Shown here: one piece after another, positions 1 to 12,064 of the stretch | Layout: each line of letters begins with the position of its first letter | Numbering within the stretch: position 1 is the first letter of the stretch | NCBI GenBank assembly: GCA_050084515.1 | Contig: CM114271.1 | Span: 36,456,001 to 36,520,000, forward strand | Direction of reading: 5' to 3' | Origin: Blasia pusilla | Lineage: Eukaryota | DNA: 64,000 nucleotides | The notes under the pieces: generated by a model | Database searches by the model: none | What the model was told of the DNA's origin: nothing | The model's input: only the letters and a program-made list of their open reading frames with translations | Translations under genes and position numbers: made by a program

Positions 1-1210
1 CAATAGAAGCAACGCTAGATATATCAACAAACTTCATCTGGAATAACTTGCTCAACATTGCCATAGAATGAAGTATGTCACCCAGAAAATATAAAATGTA
101 AATCATTTTGAAGGACTTTAACCTCTTTAGAAGATGTGAAGCTACCCCATCATCTTCCTTGGGGTTCACAATAGAGAAGTAGACCATGATCGATTCTAAA
201 CTATCACATAAAGAAGTAACGGCTTACCACCTGCTAAGCTATCTGACCTTCTGATAACGTTTCATGACTTTCCTAGAATCATTTAGCTCTTCTTGTAGAG
301 AAGAAAGACCACACTTCCTCTTAGAACTCTTCTTGAAATAAGATGCAACACAATTCAAAATGTTATCCACCTCATCACTAAGTTCCTTGCACCCTAGACT
401 CTTTGTTGCTGCAAGAGCAGCTAAGTTTGTCCGGTGTGCCACACAATGGACGATTGTCATGTAAGGATTAACATTCCTCTTCAAACGGGCACTTAATCCA
501 TTCCTAGTACCTACCATAGTGTTGGCCCCATCAGACCCAAAACCAACCATCTTCTCAAAATCCAATTCCCATTCCTAAGTAAGGATACTAAACAATCTGA
601 AATGGACTCGGCATCCTTGTTCTCAACCTTGATCAATCCTAAGAAGGTGCACACTTGACCTTCATCAAGGTAAGTGACAAAGGCAACGAGGTGTCTTGTT
701 ACCGATATGTCAGTGGATTCATCTACCATTATTCCGTAAAAGGGACTAAGTCTAACCCTAGCTAGAAGCAATCTTTGAATTATCAAACTAATACATATTA
801 TCATATATGCACATGTCTTGTCATCTTGATACATCGACTTTGTGAGCATCATAGATCCAGATTTGAGTAATGCACAGAGACCAGGGAATGAGGAAAATGC
901 AACATTATACTTAGCCATGAAGTATGCTCCTCGAAATAGATTAAGCACCGCTAAATCGTAGTTTCTATTGGTGCTTGCAATAGCTTTCTGAAGAGTTTTT
1001 CTACCACTATACTGAGCCCAAGCCAGCTTTTTATGTTCCTTGGATTTACCATGGTCTATGAAGGCAGAAATCTTCACATTGATGGCTCCAGATGTGGCAA
1101 ATACAGATTTCCCTCCTGAGTCCTTGCACACTTTACAAAATACCCTCCCCGTGTGAGGCTCAAATTCAATCCATTCAAAAGCTTGATTCCTCTTGTTCTC
1201 TTCAATCTTT
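1..1210 (-). pseudogene. hAT (ZNF862-like) transposase, copy 1, frameshifted; runs off the window start
   Basis: ORFs 511-1131 and 239-565 carry GIMVDESTD, GSDGA, HCVAHRTNLA and KRYQKVR(W) motifs, colinear with the hAT copy at 12710-14948. There is a frameshift near 560. Confidence 0.9.
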
Positions 1211-1260
1211 GAAGTGGTCAGATCAGAAGGAGAATCTATCTCCTCACATGAGTTGGTAGA

Positions 1261-1745
1261 GGGAAAAACTGCTCACCCTAACATATAACCCTAAAACCAG
1301 ATTGCAATGTTGCCAACAAACTAGTAAAGCCCACTTCAAGGAATCCAAGCTTCCAATGAGAGGCTCAGAAAACTTCGAACAAAGAGCAATGAGCACTGAG
1401 AGCAGCGAGGAGTAAACAGTAAACACAATGACAAGCCTGAAACGAGGCGCCGAGGACGAGCGAGCAACGAGGCGCCGAGGACGGCACACGAGCATGTGAG
1501 GAGATAGATAGAGTTTTTCCCTCTACCAAAGGAAAAACTGCTCACCCTAACAATACGAAAGGAAAAACCAGATTGCAATGCTGCCAACAAACTAGTAAAG
1601 CCCACTTCAAGGAATCCAAGCTACCAATGAGAGGCTCAAAAAACTTTTAACAAAGAGCAATGAGCACTGAGAGCAGCGAGGAGTAAACAGTAAACACAAT
1701 GACGAGCCTGAAACGAGGCGCCGAGGACGGCACACGAGCAGCGAG
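1261..1745. repeat. Tandem duplication (~270-bp period) in the 5' non-coding part of hAT copy 1
   Basis: GGAAAAACTGCTCACCCTAACA occurs at 1262 and 1531, and GCCCACTTCAAGGAATCCAAGC at 1330 and 1600. There is an internal ACGAGGCGCCGAGGACG sub-repeat. Confidence 0.85.
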
Positions 1746-2249
1746 GACGGTGAGGAGCAGTACGATAAGCAGCAAGGAGGCTTAGGACTGAGGAGTCTCC
1801 GAGAGTCCGACGAGCATTCATGAAGGATTCGAAGGAGAGAGGAGCAAATGGGAGTCGAGTTGCAAATGCCTCGACCCCTACTCCCCTGGGCCCTTGGACC
1901 CTGACTCCCTCTCTCCCGAAATGTGAACTGCCGCGAGTGCTGTGAGATCATCCGCACCCTAGAAGGGATGGCTGGATGAACGCTGCCCCCTTATCCACTC
2001 CCCTCTTGACACCTGTCGGGGCCGATACCTCCTTCCCCCTATCGGAAAATGCTTACACCCTTCAACTAGTCTCGGTTACGCTGCCGGGAAATTCCAACCG
2101 GTTTCCTCAAAACGGCCGGCGTTTGTGACTTGAAGCAACTCACTTCCAACGATTCCTCATTCCTGTTCAATTTCGTCCCGGGCCAGAATCACGTCCATCG
2201 GAAAATCTCAAATTTTGCCGGCAGCCTTTACAAAGGATGCCGGTACTGT

Positions 2250-3355
2250 CCGGGCTCTTTTCCACTTCAGTCTTCACTCACAGCTTGTAGAGATTCCCTT
2301 CGAGTCGAGGCCAGAGCCGTTCTCCCCACTTTCTCCTCCCTAGTTACCTCCGGTCAGTCTGGGCTCCAATCTTCCTTGATGGAAGCCCACTTTGAGGCAG
2401 TTTTTAGAGGCACTATGTCTGACGGGAATATCCTCATGGAGGTTAGGGCCGTATTCGCTCTTGCTCCGAAAAGGGGGCAGGCTCATGGGTAGGGGCGCGC
2501 CCCCTTCTCCAGGCTTTCCGTATCGCACCACTTACCTATACCACAGCGATGTGGTTCCGCTTGGGCCTCCCCCAACCATCGGTGGTTGGTTCGACACACT
2601 GCGAGTGTTGCCGGAGCCTGGATCCACTTGGTGTGCATTTGGCACGTTGTCCAGTTGGGGGTGAGAGGATAGCCACTCACGATGCAGTGCGGGATATCAT
2701 GTTCAGTATTGCTCGAGAGAGTGGCTTCCATGTGCAGAGAGAGAGGCACTACTCCATGCGGGATTCCCTTATTCGTGTTGATCTCTACATGACACGAGAG
2801 GCTGAGGTGGTGGTGGCGGACGTGGTAGTCACAGATCCTACGCGAGAGGCAGTGCGAGCCCAAGTGGTGGCCCAAGGGCGAATGCTACAAGGAGCGGCGG
2901 CGGCGGTGAAGAAGACACACATCTACAGTCGACTTCACGAGGGACACATCTTCATCCCCTTGGCCATAGAGATGTATGGGGCTATGGGGGAGAGGTTCGA
3001 CTCGTTCCTTACGGACTGTGCCCATCATCTCCACTCGAGAAATGGGTTGTCCTTAGCTACTGCGATTCTCTATTGTAGGCAGCGGGTCTCCATAGCGTTG
3101 CAGCGTGCCCAGGCTAATGGGCTTTTGCGGCGGGCTCAGGCTGTGGGAGACGCCGACGCTAGAGGCCCACTTAGTAGTAGTCATAGCTCTCTTGTTATTG
3201 CTGATATTGTCTCTGCTGTTGGTGAGTTTCGTCGTCAGGGGGACAATGCCCCCTCCTTCCTTTTATGGTCTTGTTATGGTCTTTGTTTTGACTCATTGAG
3301 TCCCCCTCTTTTGTACTTCCGATGGTTTTCATCACTCGTTTTTATCCGGTGCATC
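2250..3355 (+). mobile_element. 5'-truncated CRE-like non-LTR retrotransposon (C-terminal zinc knuckle + restriction-like endonuclease)
   Basis: Translation gives RIRSCSEKGAGSW..., FRLGLPQP, CEC...DPLGVHLARC...RIATHDAVRD, RVDL...VVADVVVTDP, KK..Y, FIPLAIEMYG and RVSIALQRAQA, typical of the C-terminus of RLE-class (CRE/NeSL) LINE ORFs. The 5' boundary is approximate. Confidence 0.75.
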
Positions 3356-3827
3356 CGATTCAACCGGACCGGTATCATCCATACTCTCGTCCAAATCTAA
3401 CTCATCTGCACATCCGGAAGTTTCTTACACGCTCGGCAGTCTAGCACAAATCGTACGCCACAAGATATTTCACACCTGGAATCCCGGATCAGACCTGTAC
3501 CTCGTGATTTGGTCCGCGTGCGTGTGAAAATTCTAATGGCATTGCTGCCAGGAAAGTCCGCTAACTGCTACGAAGTACGAACACTACAATATTGTATAGA
3601 ACTGTCGGAAAGTTTGAGACTCGGAGCGTCGTCTGACTCGTCTTGTTGTGGAATCGGCTGAGCACGTGTTTCGTCCTTATAATGCTCCTCGACTGCCATC
3701 AAGGCTAGGCTAGTGCCGGTGCCGGCATTCCTGGAAACATCTACACACGGATTTCGAAAATTTATGAATAGATTTAAAATTCGGAATCGGGTAGAAAACC
3801 ATAATATAATAATAGGGCGTCTCACTT

Positions 3828-4350
3828 GGAGGCTGTCAAATTTTGAACGTCCTCCGTAAAATAGAGACGCTTTCTTTTATTTATGTTGAGAGATTTCGTA
3901 ATTTCAAGGCCTGCGACTTAAACAAACACACACAAATATGCTTTGGACTTTCGGCAGTAGGAGATGCCACTTGAACACACACAAACATGTTTTGGACGTC
4001 CGGCCTCAACAGTATTCCACCCAAGCACGGAATTTGGCCAAATACATAGTTATGGCTTCGTACGTCCGAGCGTAAGATGCGTTTCTCGGAGGCTGTAAAA
4101 TTTTAGACGTCCTTCAAGCTCTTGACCATAAAATAAATAGAGACGGCTTCCATTTATGTCTGAGGAAAGTTTATATTGAGAGATTCTGTAAGTTTGAAGA
4201 CGTCGATTTAAATACACATGAATATGTTTTGGACGTCCGGGCCGTAGGAGATGAGCGTCCGCCTCCAACGGTAGCCCGCACCCGAGCACAAAATTTGATC
4301 ATATACAGAGTTATGGCTTCATACGTCCCACCCTATGACACATTTCTGAG
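3828..4350. repeat. Degenerate tandem dimer, ~260-bp unit
   Basis: GGAGGCTGT(C/A)AAATTTT occurs at 3828 and 4088. AAATAGAGACG, TTTGGAC...GTAGGAGATG and AGTTATGGCTTC(G/A)TACGTCC are each repeated ~260 bp apart. Confidence 0.7.
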
Positions 4351-6514
4351 ACGCCCTATTGTGAAATATTGAGGAAAGTGTGGGGGGACGTCATAATTAA
4401 ATCTTCAAACTAGGTATACTCCAGGGTAAGAGTGAATTTTCCGGACAGTATTAGAGGTATGTCCAATAGATGAGGTTTGGGTGCTACGATACAAGTTTTA
4501 GGAGCTTCTATATTAATAAAATCAAAAGAGGATTGGGTTTGGGAACCTTCCTCTTAAGCCCTCCCACGTTCAGGGTTTGGGAACCCTAAACCTGTCCACA
4601 CGTAGGTTTTTTTAAGCCTTCCCATGTTGAGATGTGTAAAGAATATTTAATTAAGTGCTGGCAGAATACTAGTGGGATAAAAAACCGAGCACCCAATGAA
4701 ATTCTTGTGGGAGAAGACAAAAGACTTGTCATTTCTCAAAGAAATACTGGCAGTAAATGGAAAAGTAAAAAACACCTCACCACAACCATAAGAAGTAGAG
4801 AGAGCGAGCCCAAAGGCTTACGTAGGTGTTGAAAAAAACTGGATAGAAAAGCCTACCCCTACCATCAAATAGGCGGCTTGTGTCATGAGGGACACATCAG
4901 CATCAATTTTTTTAGAAGGAAAAGTATGTTTTTAATTAAATTTGTAGCATCACAAAATATGTCATAAAAGGTAAAGATAGATGAATTTATGCAATATCAA
5001 GAACTAGAGGGATCCAACCCACTAGTTAGATTTTAGATATACAAATTACACAATCGGATGTAAGACTAAATTTTATGATTGAATACGGTATTTAGTTTAT
5101 TTAATTGTACGTTGGTGATAGCAATATATATACGCATAATAGTTGTTGCACCTTGTGTAGTAGAGTAGAGAGAATATCAATACAAAATGCCTCAAATCGT
5201 GGAAGGTCGGATGTGGATGCTTGTAGGTCGAGGATGACTTGCTATGGAAGGGGGTGACTTGTATGGAAGGGGGTGACTTGAGTGTCAAAGTCCCTAGGTG
5301 AATTATCCTCTGGTTTGACCTCATTTGGAACTATTTTTTAGAATTTAAAACTTTGGTTTAGTTCTCTCTTTTTTCTCAATTGATTTTCATTTTTGGAAAA
5401 TTCCAAAAAGGTAGCATGTGTGGACCTAAACCTAGGAGAGAGCATGGGGAATGGAGAAAGCTTGGAAAGCTTATTTTCTCCCTACCGAACCTCCTTCTTG
5501 AACCTTACACCTGAGTGCAGACCCCCGTGCAGTTGACGATTCGTCCCACTAGCTTACCAACAATTCACGGAGTCCTACATGGGGCTCTATTATTTATTTG
5601 TAGAAGTTTTCTCTAATTACCTGCCCGAACCTCTTGCCCGCTGGTCTCACATTAAATGCAAGACCACGGCAATCTAAGGCATTAAATTTTCATCACCAAA
5701 TTTTGCAATAGGTTTTAGAGTAGAATTGCCCAAATACGCTTGAGCGGAGTAGGATAACACAAGCTAGAGGATATTGAACTTGAGAGTTATAGTATAGTCT
5801 CAAATTTATGATGGACAAAGTATAATATAATGAAATTGCAAATAGGAGAAAATAGGAAAAAATTTCTTCATAAGGTTTTTTCTAAATCTTTTTAGTTTTT
5901 CTAAAATGGGCTTTATCCTCAAATTTGAGGATTTCTAAGAACCTTATGAACTTACATTTTGGGACGTTGCCTCTTTTATTTTAATAAAGTGGTCCCCACA
6001 ATTTTATGAGCATCCCTCTAGTCCTAACGTCATGGCTGACCATGATCCACTTTATGTGGCCGACTGCAAGCATTAATTTCCTTAAGGGCATGCAACAAAA
6101 AAATATTTTCATATTTAAATTCCAAAGTCCCCCGGCGTAGAGCTAGGTTAGAGGCTTGGGGTCGTTCCTCCGGAGGGCTAGGCTGCCCGTGTTCAAGCTA
6201 CCCCTTTATCGCCTGTTGGCTTATTATGACTTCTTAAGGCTCCCGGGAGTGAGCTGTAGCCGGAGATTCTGGCATGCCGCCCAAACACCAAGACTCGGAC
6301 CAGGTAACCATTGAACTTGAAGACCAGGATTGAGTCTGGGCTATGACGACATGATGAACCTCATAAGTGAACACCAGCCATCACCCAAACATGAGTCGCC
6401 GAGATCCGGGTTGCAAGTCACCAAATCCAGGTTGAGAGTCGCCAAGATTCAGGTTGAAAGGTCCAGGTTGCGAGTCATCAGGGTCGAGTACTAGAGAGTC
6501 ACGTTTGAGAGCTA

Positions 6515-6637
6515 GGGGGGGGAATGCCCCCTTCTTCCTTTTCTGGTCGTGTTGTGGCCTTCAGGTTTTGACTCTTTGAGTCCCCCTCTTTTGTACTTCC
6601 GATGGGTTTTCCATCACTCGTTTTTATCGAAGTGCAT
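6515..6637 (+). mobile_element. Severely 5'-truncated copy (3' UTR only) of the CRE-like element
   Basis: Matches 3238-3355 (TTTTGACTC.TTGAGTCCCCCTCTTTTGTACTTCCGATGG...CATCACTCGTTTTTATC...GTGCATC). Flanked by the imperfect direct repeat TTTGAG(AG)CTAG, a probable TSD. Confidence 0.75.
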
Positions 6638-7569
6638 CTTTGAGCTAGCCCTGATGAGTCCAAGTCGGAAACCCGAGTCCTTGATGATCAGATCAAGTCA
6701 AGAGAGAACCGTCGCTATCTCAAGTTAGTGATGGGCTAGAATGAGTTAGCGCGACGCTAACTCACAAGGCCGCTAGAACCGCTGCCAAGGCTGCGGCGCG
6801 TCTAGAGTCGGTAGGCGTATGAGGGTGAAACGCGGGATTCTCGTGGAACGCTGTGCGAGTGAAGATAGGGCAGGCGGAACGCCGCCAGTACTCGCAGCAC
6901 CCGAACACGATAACCTGCGTGTACAGGAGACGTACGCCCGCAACTAGGAGCGTGAGAAACGAAACCACCGCGCATCAGCCCAAGGGTCGGACGAGAGTCA
7001 AATGCGCTATAAAGCCCACATGGAGCATCAAACGCGGGGCGTTTTGGGAGCACTTTGTTGCGTTGGAAAGAGGAGAACGCTCTTGTTGCTTGGTTGCACG
7101 CACTCAAAGCTCAAGAGGAGCTCCCAGCGTTGAGGTCGGAACGAGAGGGGGTCTGTGTAGATCGTTTAGTCGTGTGTTTGCGGATCAGCTCTAGGATTGA
7201 GTTCGAGTTGATTTCTCGAGGCAACGCCGTGTTTGGGAGACGTGTTGAGTGCCGAGGTCCTACTTCCCAAGGGGGAAGACTGAGCCCACATCGACTTCCT
7301 ATGAGTGGAGAGCGTTTGGCAGGAATGTGAGTAGTTAGATGCCAGAGCTAGTTTTGGAGATTAGTGGCATCGCGGAGGATTGCAGTAAACCTAGACCAAT
7401 TTCTTTGGTTTGTTGTTTTTTTGTGTTTCCCCTGTGGTTTGCAGGAATCCCCCGCGACATGAGCCCCACTCTCTCCACACGTACCTTTCCTACCTGCCAA
7501 AATTCTACAACTGAATTGTGGTGGCCCTCGAATCCAAAAACGTAATCTTGAGGCTTGCATGATCGTTAT

Positions 7570-8130
7570 CACTATTCCCCCAAATTTTTTCAGTTATGTG
7601 TATGCGTGTGGGAAAGGAAAAACACAACTGTTACACTACTCCCCCAAAATTCTTCAGCTATGTGTATGCCTATGGAAAAGGGAAAACACACTATTCCCCC
7701 AAAATTGTTCACTTATGTGAATGCCTATGGAAAAAGAAAAAAAGACATGATCCCCCCAAAATAGTTCGGTTATGTGTATGTCTATGGAAAAGGAAAAACA
7801 CACTATTCCCCCACAATTTTTCGGTTATGTGTATGTCTATGGAAAAAGAAAAAAGCCTTATTCCCCCAAAATAGTTAAGTTATGTGTATGTGTATGGGAA
7901 AGGACAAACACATTATCCCCCCATTTCTTCACTTATGTGTATGTCTATGGAAAAGGAAAAAAAAATTATTCCCCCAAAAATAGTTAAGTTAAGTGTATGC
8001 CTATGGAAAAGGAAAAACACACTATTCCCCGAAAATTGTTCAGTTATGTGTATGTCTATGGAAAAGGAAAAACACGCTTTTCCCCAAAATTGTTCGTTTA
8101 TGTGTATGCCTGTGGAAAAGGCAAAACACG
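7570..8130. repeat. Minisatellite, ~59-60-bp unit, about 9-10 copies
   Basis: The consensus is close to TTATGTGTATGTCTATGGAAAAGGAAAAACACACTATTCCCCCAAAATTGTTCAG, repeated head-to-tail. The repetitive ORFs here are by-products. Confidence 0.9.
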
Positions 8131-9381
8131 CTCGAATGACGTCACTCATGTCATGAGACGTGAGTAGGGGAAATTTCGTGAGTGTCACTCGACCAAATTG
8201 TCGTCTTTACTCTCCCCATCTCACTGGTCGTCGTTAACTTGATGTGGTGCAGGTGGAGACCGTGGAGTCTCGGGCGATCAAGTTGACTTGGTCGGGAAGA
8301 ACGAACAGAAACTCCCTGTACGTGGAGATGCAGTCTGTTAAATGCAGTCTGTATGAGGAAGTGGTACGAGTAGAGGGTATATGGACTTGTCCTCGGCTTC
8401 CGGGGAAAATATCTATGAAAGGAATGGCGGAGAAGAGAAGATTCATCGCTCTTTCCTCGTCAAAAACGAGATTTCGTGTGCTATGGACTCCATAAGAAAC
8501 GAGTTTTAGTTTTCCGACTCCAGCCATACTATGGCTGTGAGCCTACCACGCTTTTGTAAAGTTAGCGCGTTAAACTGGAGGATGTGCTCCCCGAACCCGA
8601 GATCAGAAAAATGTAGCGGCGTTGTTATTTTCGGCGAAAAGGTACTAGGGGAAAGAGTTGGAGACTATATTCCATTCGAAAAAATGAGGAGCCAGGAGGG
8701 CGGAGAATCTAGGCACCTACTCGTGCATTTGGTGGCCGTATACATTCGGGAGATTAGAGGATTGACTTCGACGTTAGACTCGGTCGGCGATGGTCGGAAG
8801 GTCCACGTACCTTTGAAAGATCGTTTGTTCTGAAAATCGCTTGAAATCGGATTCATGTCTGTATCTTCGGTCTGCACTGCACGTAACCCTTCGATCGTCT
8901 GCAGCCGACCGTCGCTCTGTCGGGGAAATCTGCACTCAGGGTATACATGTAACAGAGTTTTTGTGGCTTCCACTTTCGAATCGTTGTACTGTTCAGGTGT
9001 ATGAGTTGCGTCCTCAGCAGCGCGGAGGACCGCCTGCAGTCGCAGTGCGCATCTCCAAATTGATTGAAGGCACAGACACCAGCGTTCAATTTCTTCAGTT
9101 ACGGTGAGTCGACGTTGATCCTTGGCTGGCTGGCTGGCTGGCGGTCTGCGTGAGATTGTGCCTGCAATTGTAGCGTCATCGGTTGTTCTGGATTTGCGTT
9201 TCCACGCCCTTAAGTTAGAGGATTAGGATCAAGATGAAGGTATGATCGGAGTATGTATGCGGAGCAGTCTGATCTTACAGCCGCCAAGAGCTGGGAGGAC
9301 GCACTGACAGTTGACAAAATTGCAGTGTCGTGAAGTGAGGATAGCGGCACCGCGAGCATTTCCTACTTGATTCGCGTGAGG

Positions 9382-11232
9382 ATGGGCACGAACACGGGGC
9401 CGAGGAGGTCAGCGATCGAGCAGGATCATGTCGTAAGAAGGCGCAAGTCGAACGTCGTGGTCGTCGCCATGGTTTTGGCGATGATTCCCTTGGTCTCAGC
9501 GCAAGAACCTACTGCATCCGGCTCCTGCTCTGCGGCGAATCCGTGTTCGCGCGCGAGCAGTCCTTGCTGCAGCTCATCCAGTTTTTGCGGGTCCGACTCG
9601 AACTATTGCGGCTCGAATTGCGTTCCGGCGAACTCCTTCAAGGGCTCTTGTTCTGTTGCGCCAGGGAGCTCGGCGTCGGTTCCAGACACCTCATCATGTG
9701 CGAGCGATCCGAACAGTTGCGTAGAAGGAGCTTGCTGCAGCAAATCCTATTTTTGTGGATTTGACAGTGATCATTGCGGAGCGGGATGCACCGGTGGGGC
9801 TTGTGCGAACAAGAAGCCGCCCCTGAGCACCGGTGCTGTTATCGGGATCTGTTTGGCTAGTTTCGTCGTTATTTCCGTGCTCGTTGGTGGATCGGCGTAC
9901 GCTGCCAGGCGGCGCCACAAGAAAAACAAGGATCAATCCGAGGGTTTCATCGTGAAATACTCGTACAGAACCATCGCGGCGGCCACGAGAGATTTCGCCA
10001 CTCCGCTGGGGAAGGGTGGATTCGGAGAAGTCTTCAAGGGTACTCTCAATGACAACACCGAAATAGCTGTGAAGAGACTGCGCGTGACGGCGAATGAAAG
10101 TGCAAATGAGCAGAAGCCGAGGCATGCGAGCAGCGCGTGGCCATGGCGTCTCTCGTCCGTCTTCCGTAAGACCGACAATGCCTCCGCAGTCGAACTGAAC
10201 AGCTACGAGGCGGAAATCGACGCCATGGGGCGCGCTCGTGTGAGCCACGTGAACCTCGTCACGCTCAAAGGATACTGCTTCCGGAAGGAAACGAACGAAC
10301 GTTATCTCGTGTACGAGTTCGTGCCTAACTGGACGCTTGCGGATTGGCTTTTCCAGCCGCGCAAACCTGACACCTATTGCCTCCATTGGGACAGGCGGAA
10401 GGAGATAGCCTACGGCGTCGCGAGAGCGTTGGAGTATCTGCACAAGTCGATTTCGAAGAATCACGCTATCATTCATCTTGACATCAAGCCAGAGAATGTT
10501 CTCCTGAATAAGGATCTCACGCCGAAGGTGGCGGACTTCGGCTCCGCACAGATCCTGCTCAATATGAGCGAGATAAACGTCGCAATTGTGGGCACGAGAG
10601 TGTACAAAGCTCCTGAACTGCAAGACACACATTCCAAGGCCTCCGTCAAATCGGACGTCTTCAGTTACGGGATTGTTTTGCTGGAACTGGTCACCGGACG
10701 TAGAGTGTGCACCAAAGAAACCAACGAATATTTGCCTTTACTGGCTGCCCAGGCGGCAGAGAAGGGATCACTTCTCAAAATTGTCGATAAGGACTTGGAG
10801 ATGAGCACGCAGCCAAACAACCTGAGAGTGGAAGCAATCAGATTCCTTCGGGTTGGACTTTGGTGCGTGCAGCAGAATCCGATAAACAGACCTGAAATGG
10901 GAGAAGTGATTAACCTTCTGAATGGTGCCAAACTCGCCAAGTTTCCGGTCAACGACAAAAGTCCCGACGGATTGGAAAGAGAACTGGAGGAATTGGGGCA
11001 AGCTTTGCTGGGCAGGGGCGTCTGGCATCCTACAGACACAAGTGCGACGACAACTCGAACGGCCGGACCAACAGCTCGATCCGAGATCTTCAGCACAATT
11101 CAAGATCCCAGGGCTCAAGATCTCGAGGCTCCGAGGACGTCCCGGACTAGTGCCGGACTACAAACCAGCGGACTCCGCCAATATGACGATCCGCTCCTGG
11201 GGAAATACGGAAGTAGATCCGACAATACGTGA
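9382..11232 (+). CDS. Intronless receptor-like kinase with two hevein/CBM18-type chitin-binding repeats, TM helix and non-RD Ser/Thr kinase
   Basis: Hydrophobic signal region VVVVAMVLAMIPLVSA; Cys repeats CCSSSSFCG..NYCGSNC and CCSKSYFCG..DHCGAGCTGGAC; TM GAVIGICLASFVVISVLVGGSAYAA followed by RRRHKK; kinase motifs GKGGFG, IAVK, HLDIKPEN, DFG, APE and DVFSYG. The first ATG is at 9382. Confidence 0.92.
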   Translation: MGTNTGPRRSAIEQDHVVRRRKSNVVVVAMVLAMIPLVSAQEPTASGSCSAANPCSRASSPCCSSSSFCGSDSNYCGSNCVPANSFKGSCSVAPGSSASVPDTSSCASDPNSCVEGACCSKSYFCGFDSDHCGAGCTGGACANKKPPLSTGAVIGICLASFVVISVLVGGSAYAARRRHKKNKDQSEGFIVKYSYRTIAAATRDFATPLGKGGFGEVFKGTLNDNTEIAVKRLRVTANESANEQKPRHASSAWPWRLSSVFRKTDNASAVELNSYEAEIDAMGRARVSHVNLVTLKGYCFRKETNERYLVYEFVPNWTLADWLFQPRKPDTYCLHWDRRKEIAYGVARALEYLHKSISKNHAIIHLDIKPENVLLNKDLTPKVADFGSAQILLNMSEINVAIVGTRVYKAPELQDTHSKASVKSDVFSYGIVLLELVTGRRVCTKETNEYLPLLAAQAAEKGSLLKIVDKDLEMSTQPNNLRVEAIRFLRVGLWCVQQNPINRPEMGEVINLLNGAKLAKFPVNDKSPDGLERELEELGQALLGRGVWHPTDTSATTTRTAGPTARSEIFSTIQDPRAQDLEAPRTSRTSAGLQTSGLRQYDDPLLGKYGSRSDNT

Positions 11233-11983
11233 GTCAACGTTTCCTTCCATCGTCCTCTCTAGATCCTTGCCTGTCACAGACTGTCATGTGCTTGAATTTG
11301 GAAACTTCGCACTTCAAGCTTTAGGTTTGCTGGATACGGATTTGGAGATTTTGCATTTCAACCGGCCGAAGCATGCGCGTCTCAGACTCATATTCGGAAC
11401 CGTTTCCAACATGCTCTCTAACGCGCCTTCCGTTATATCACTCTCTAAAGGAGCGATTACACCAAATCATCCGCGCATCAATCCGTGTGATCTGCCGCTA
11501 AGGATCCTGCGCCTGCTAGACACGTCCGTCAGTTATGCATTCAATTTGAAACGCACGGCCGCACCTTCTGAGCCTTTCCCTCGTTCCTCTGCAGATGGGA
11601 TGGCGTACGTTAACTAATCCGCGCCAATTTCGGCGAGGACATCACGACTCACGTCGCTCGCAGCGTTCAAGAGCGAGCTCACTCACGACGGACTCCACCT
11701 CGACAATTTTGCCGAAGAGAAAACTCGGATTACACTATCCGTCACTCGGAACCCGCAGATTCGATGCCAACGGCAGGCGAGCGAGACTAGGCTCCACGAC
11801 TGGTAACTTCGGAAGTTCAGGTCGCATCGAAGATCCATTCATCTGCCGAGACTTAGCGCTATCCGTCCCCCATCCTCTTCATCTCTTCGCAGCTCACCGT
11901 ATGAATCGTGCGGTGAAGTGGTTCTTCCCTTCTCGAAGAAGTTGCATGTGTGTACACATGCCCGTGGGGCAGACAAGAAAACA

Positions 11984-12064
11984 TTTGAATTCTGGGCAGC
12001 AAGAAAAAAAAAAGACACTCGCATTTAGGGCAGCAAGAAAAACACACTTGAATTCTGGGCAGCA
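11984..12064. repeat. Short imperfect tandem repeat (~30-35 bp)
   Basis: TTGAATTCTGGGCAGCA occurs at 11985 and 12047, with an intervening GGGCAGCAAGAAAAA copy. Confidence 0.6.

Noticed and set aside
7570-8130. CRISPR-like array
   Set aside because: The units are contiguous near-identical repeats with no unique spacers, there are no cas genes, and the context is eukaryotic.
8234-9107. Short ORFs upstream of the RLK (FKGTW serpin-like word)
   Set aside because: Only a 5-residue resemblance, with no other family motifs and no consistent frame.
9694-11118. Long antisense ORFs (312, 143 and 116 aa)
   Set aside because: Shadow frames of the GC-rich kinase gene.
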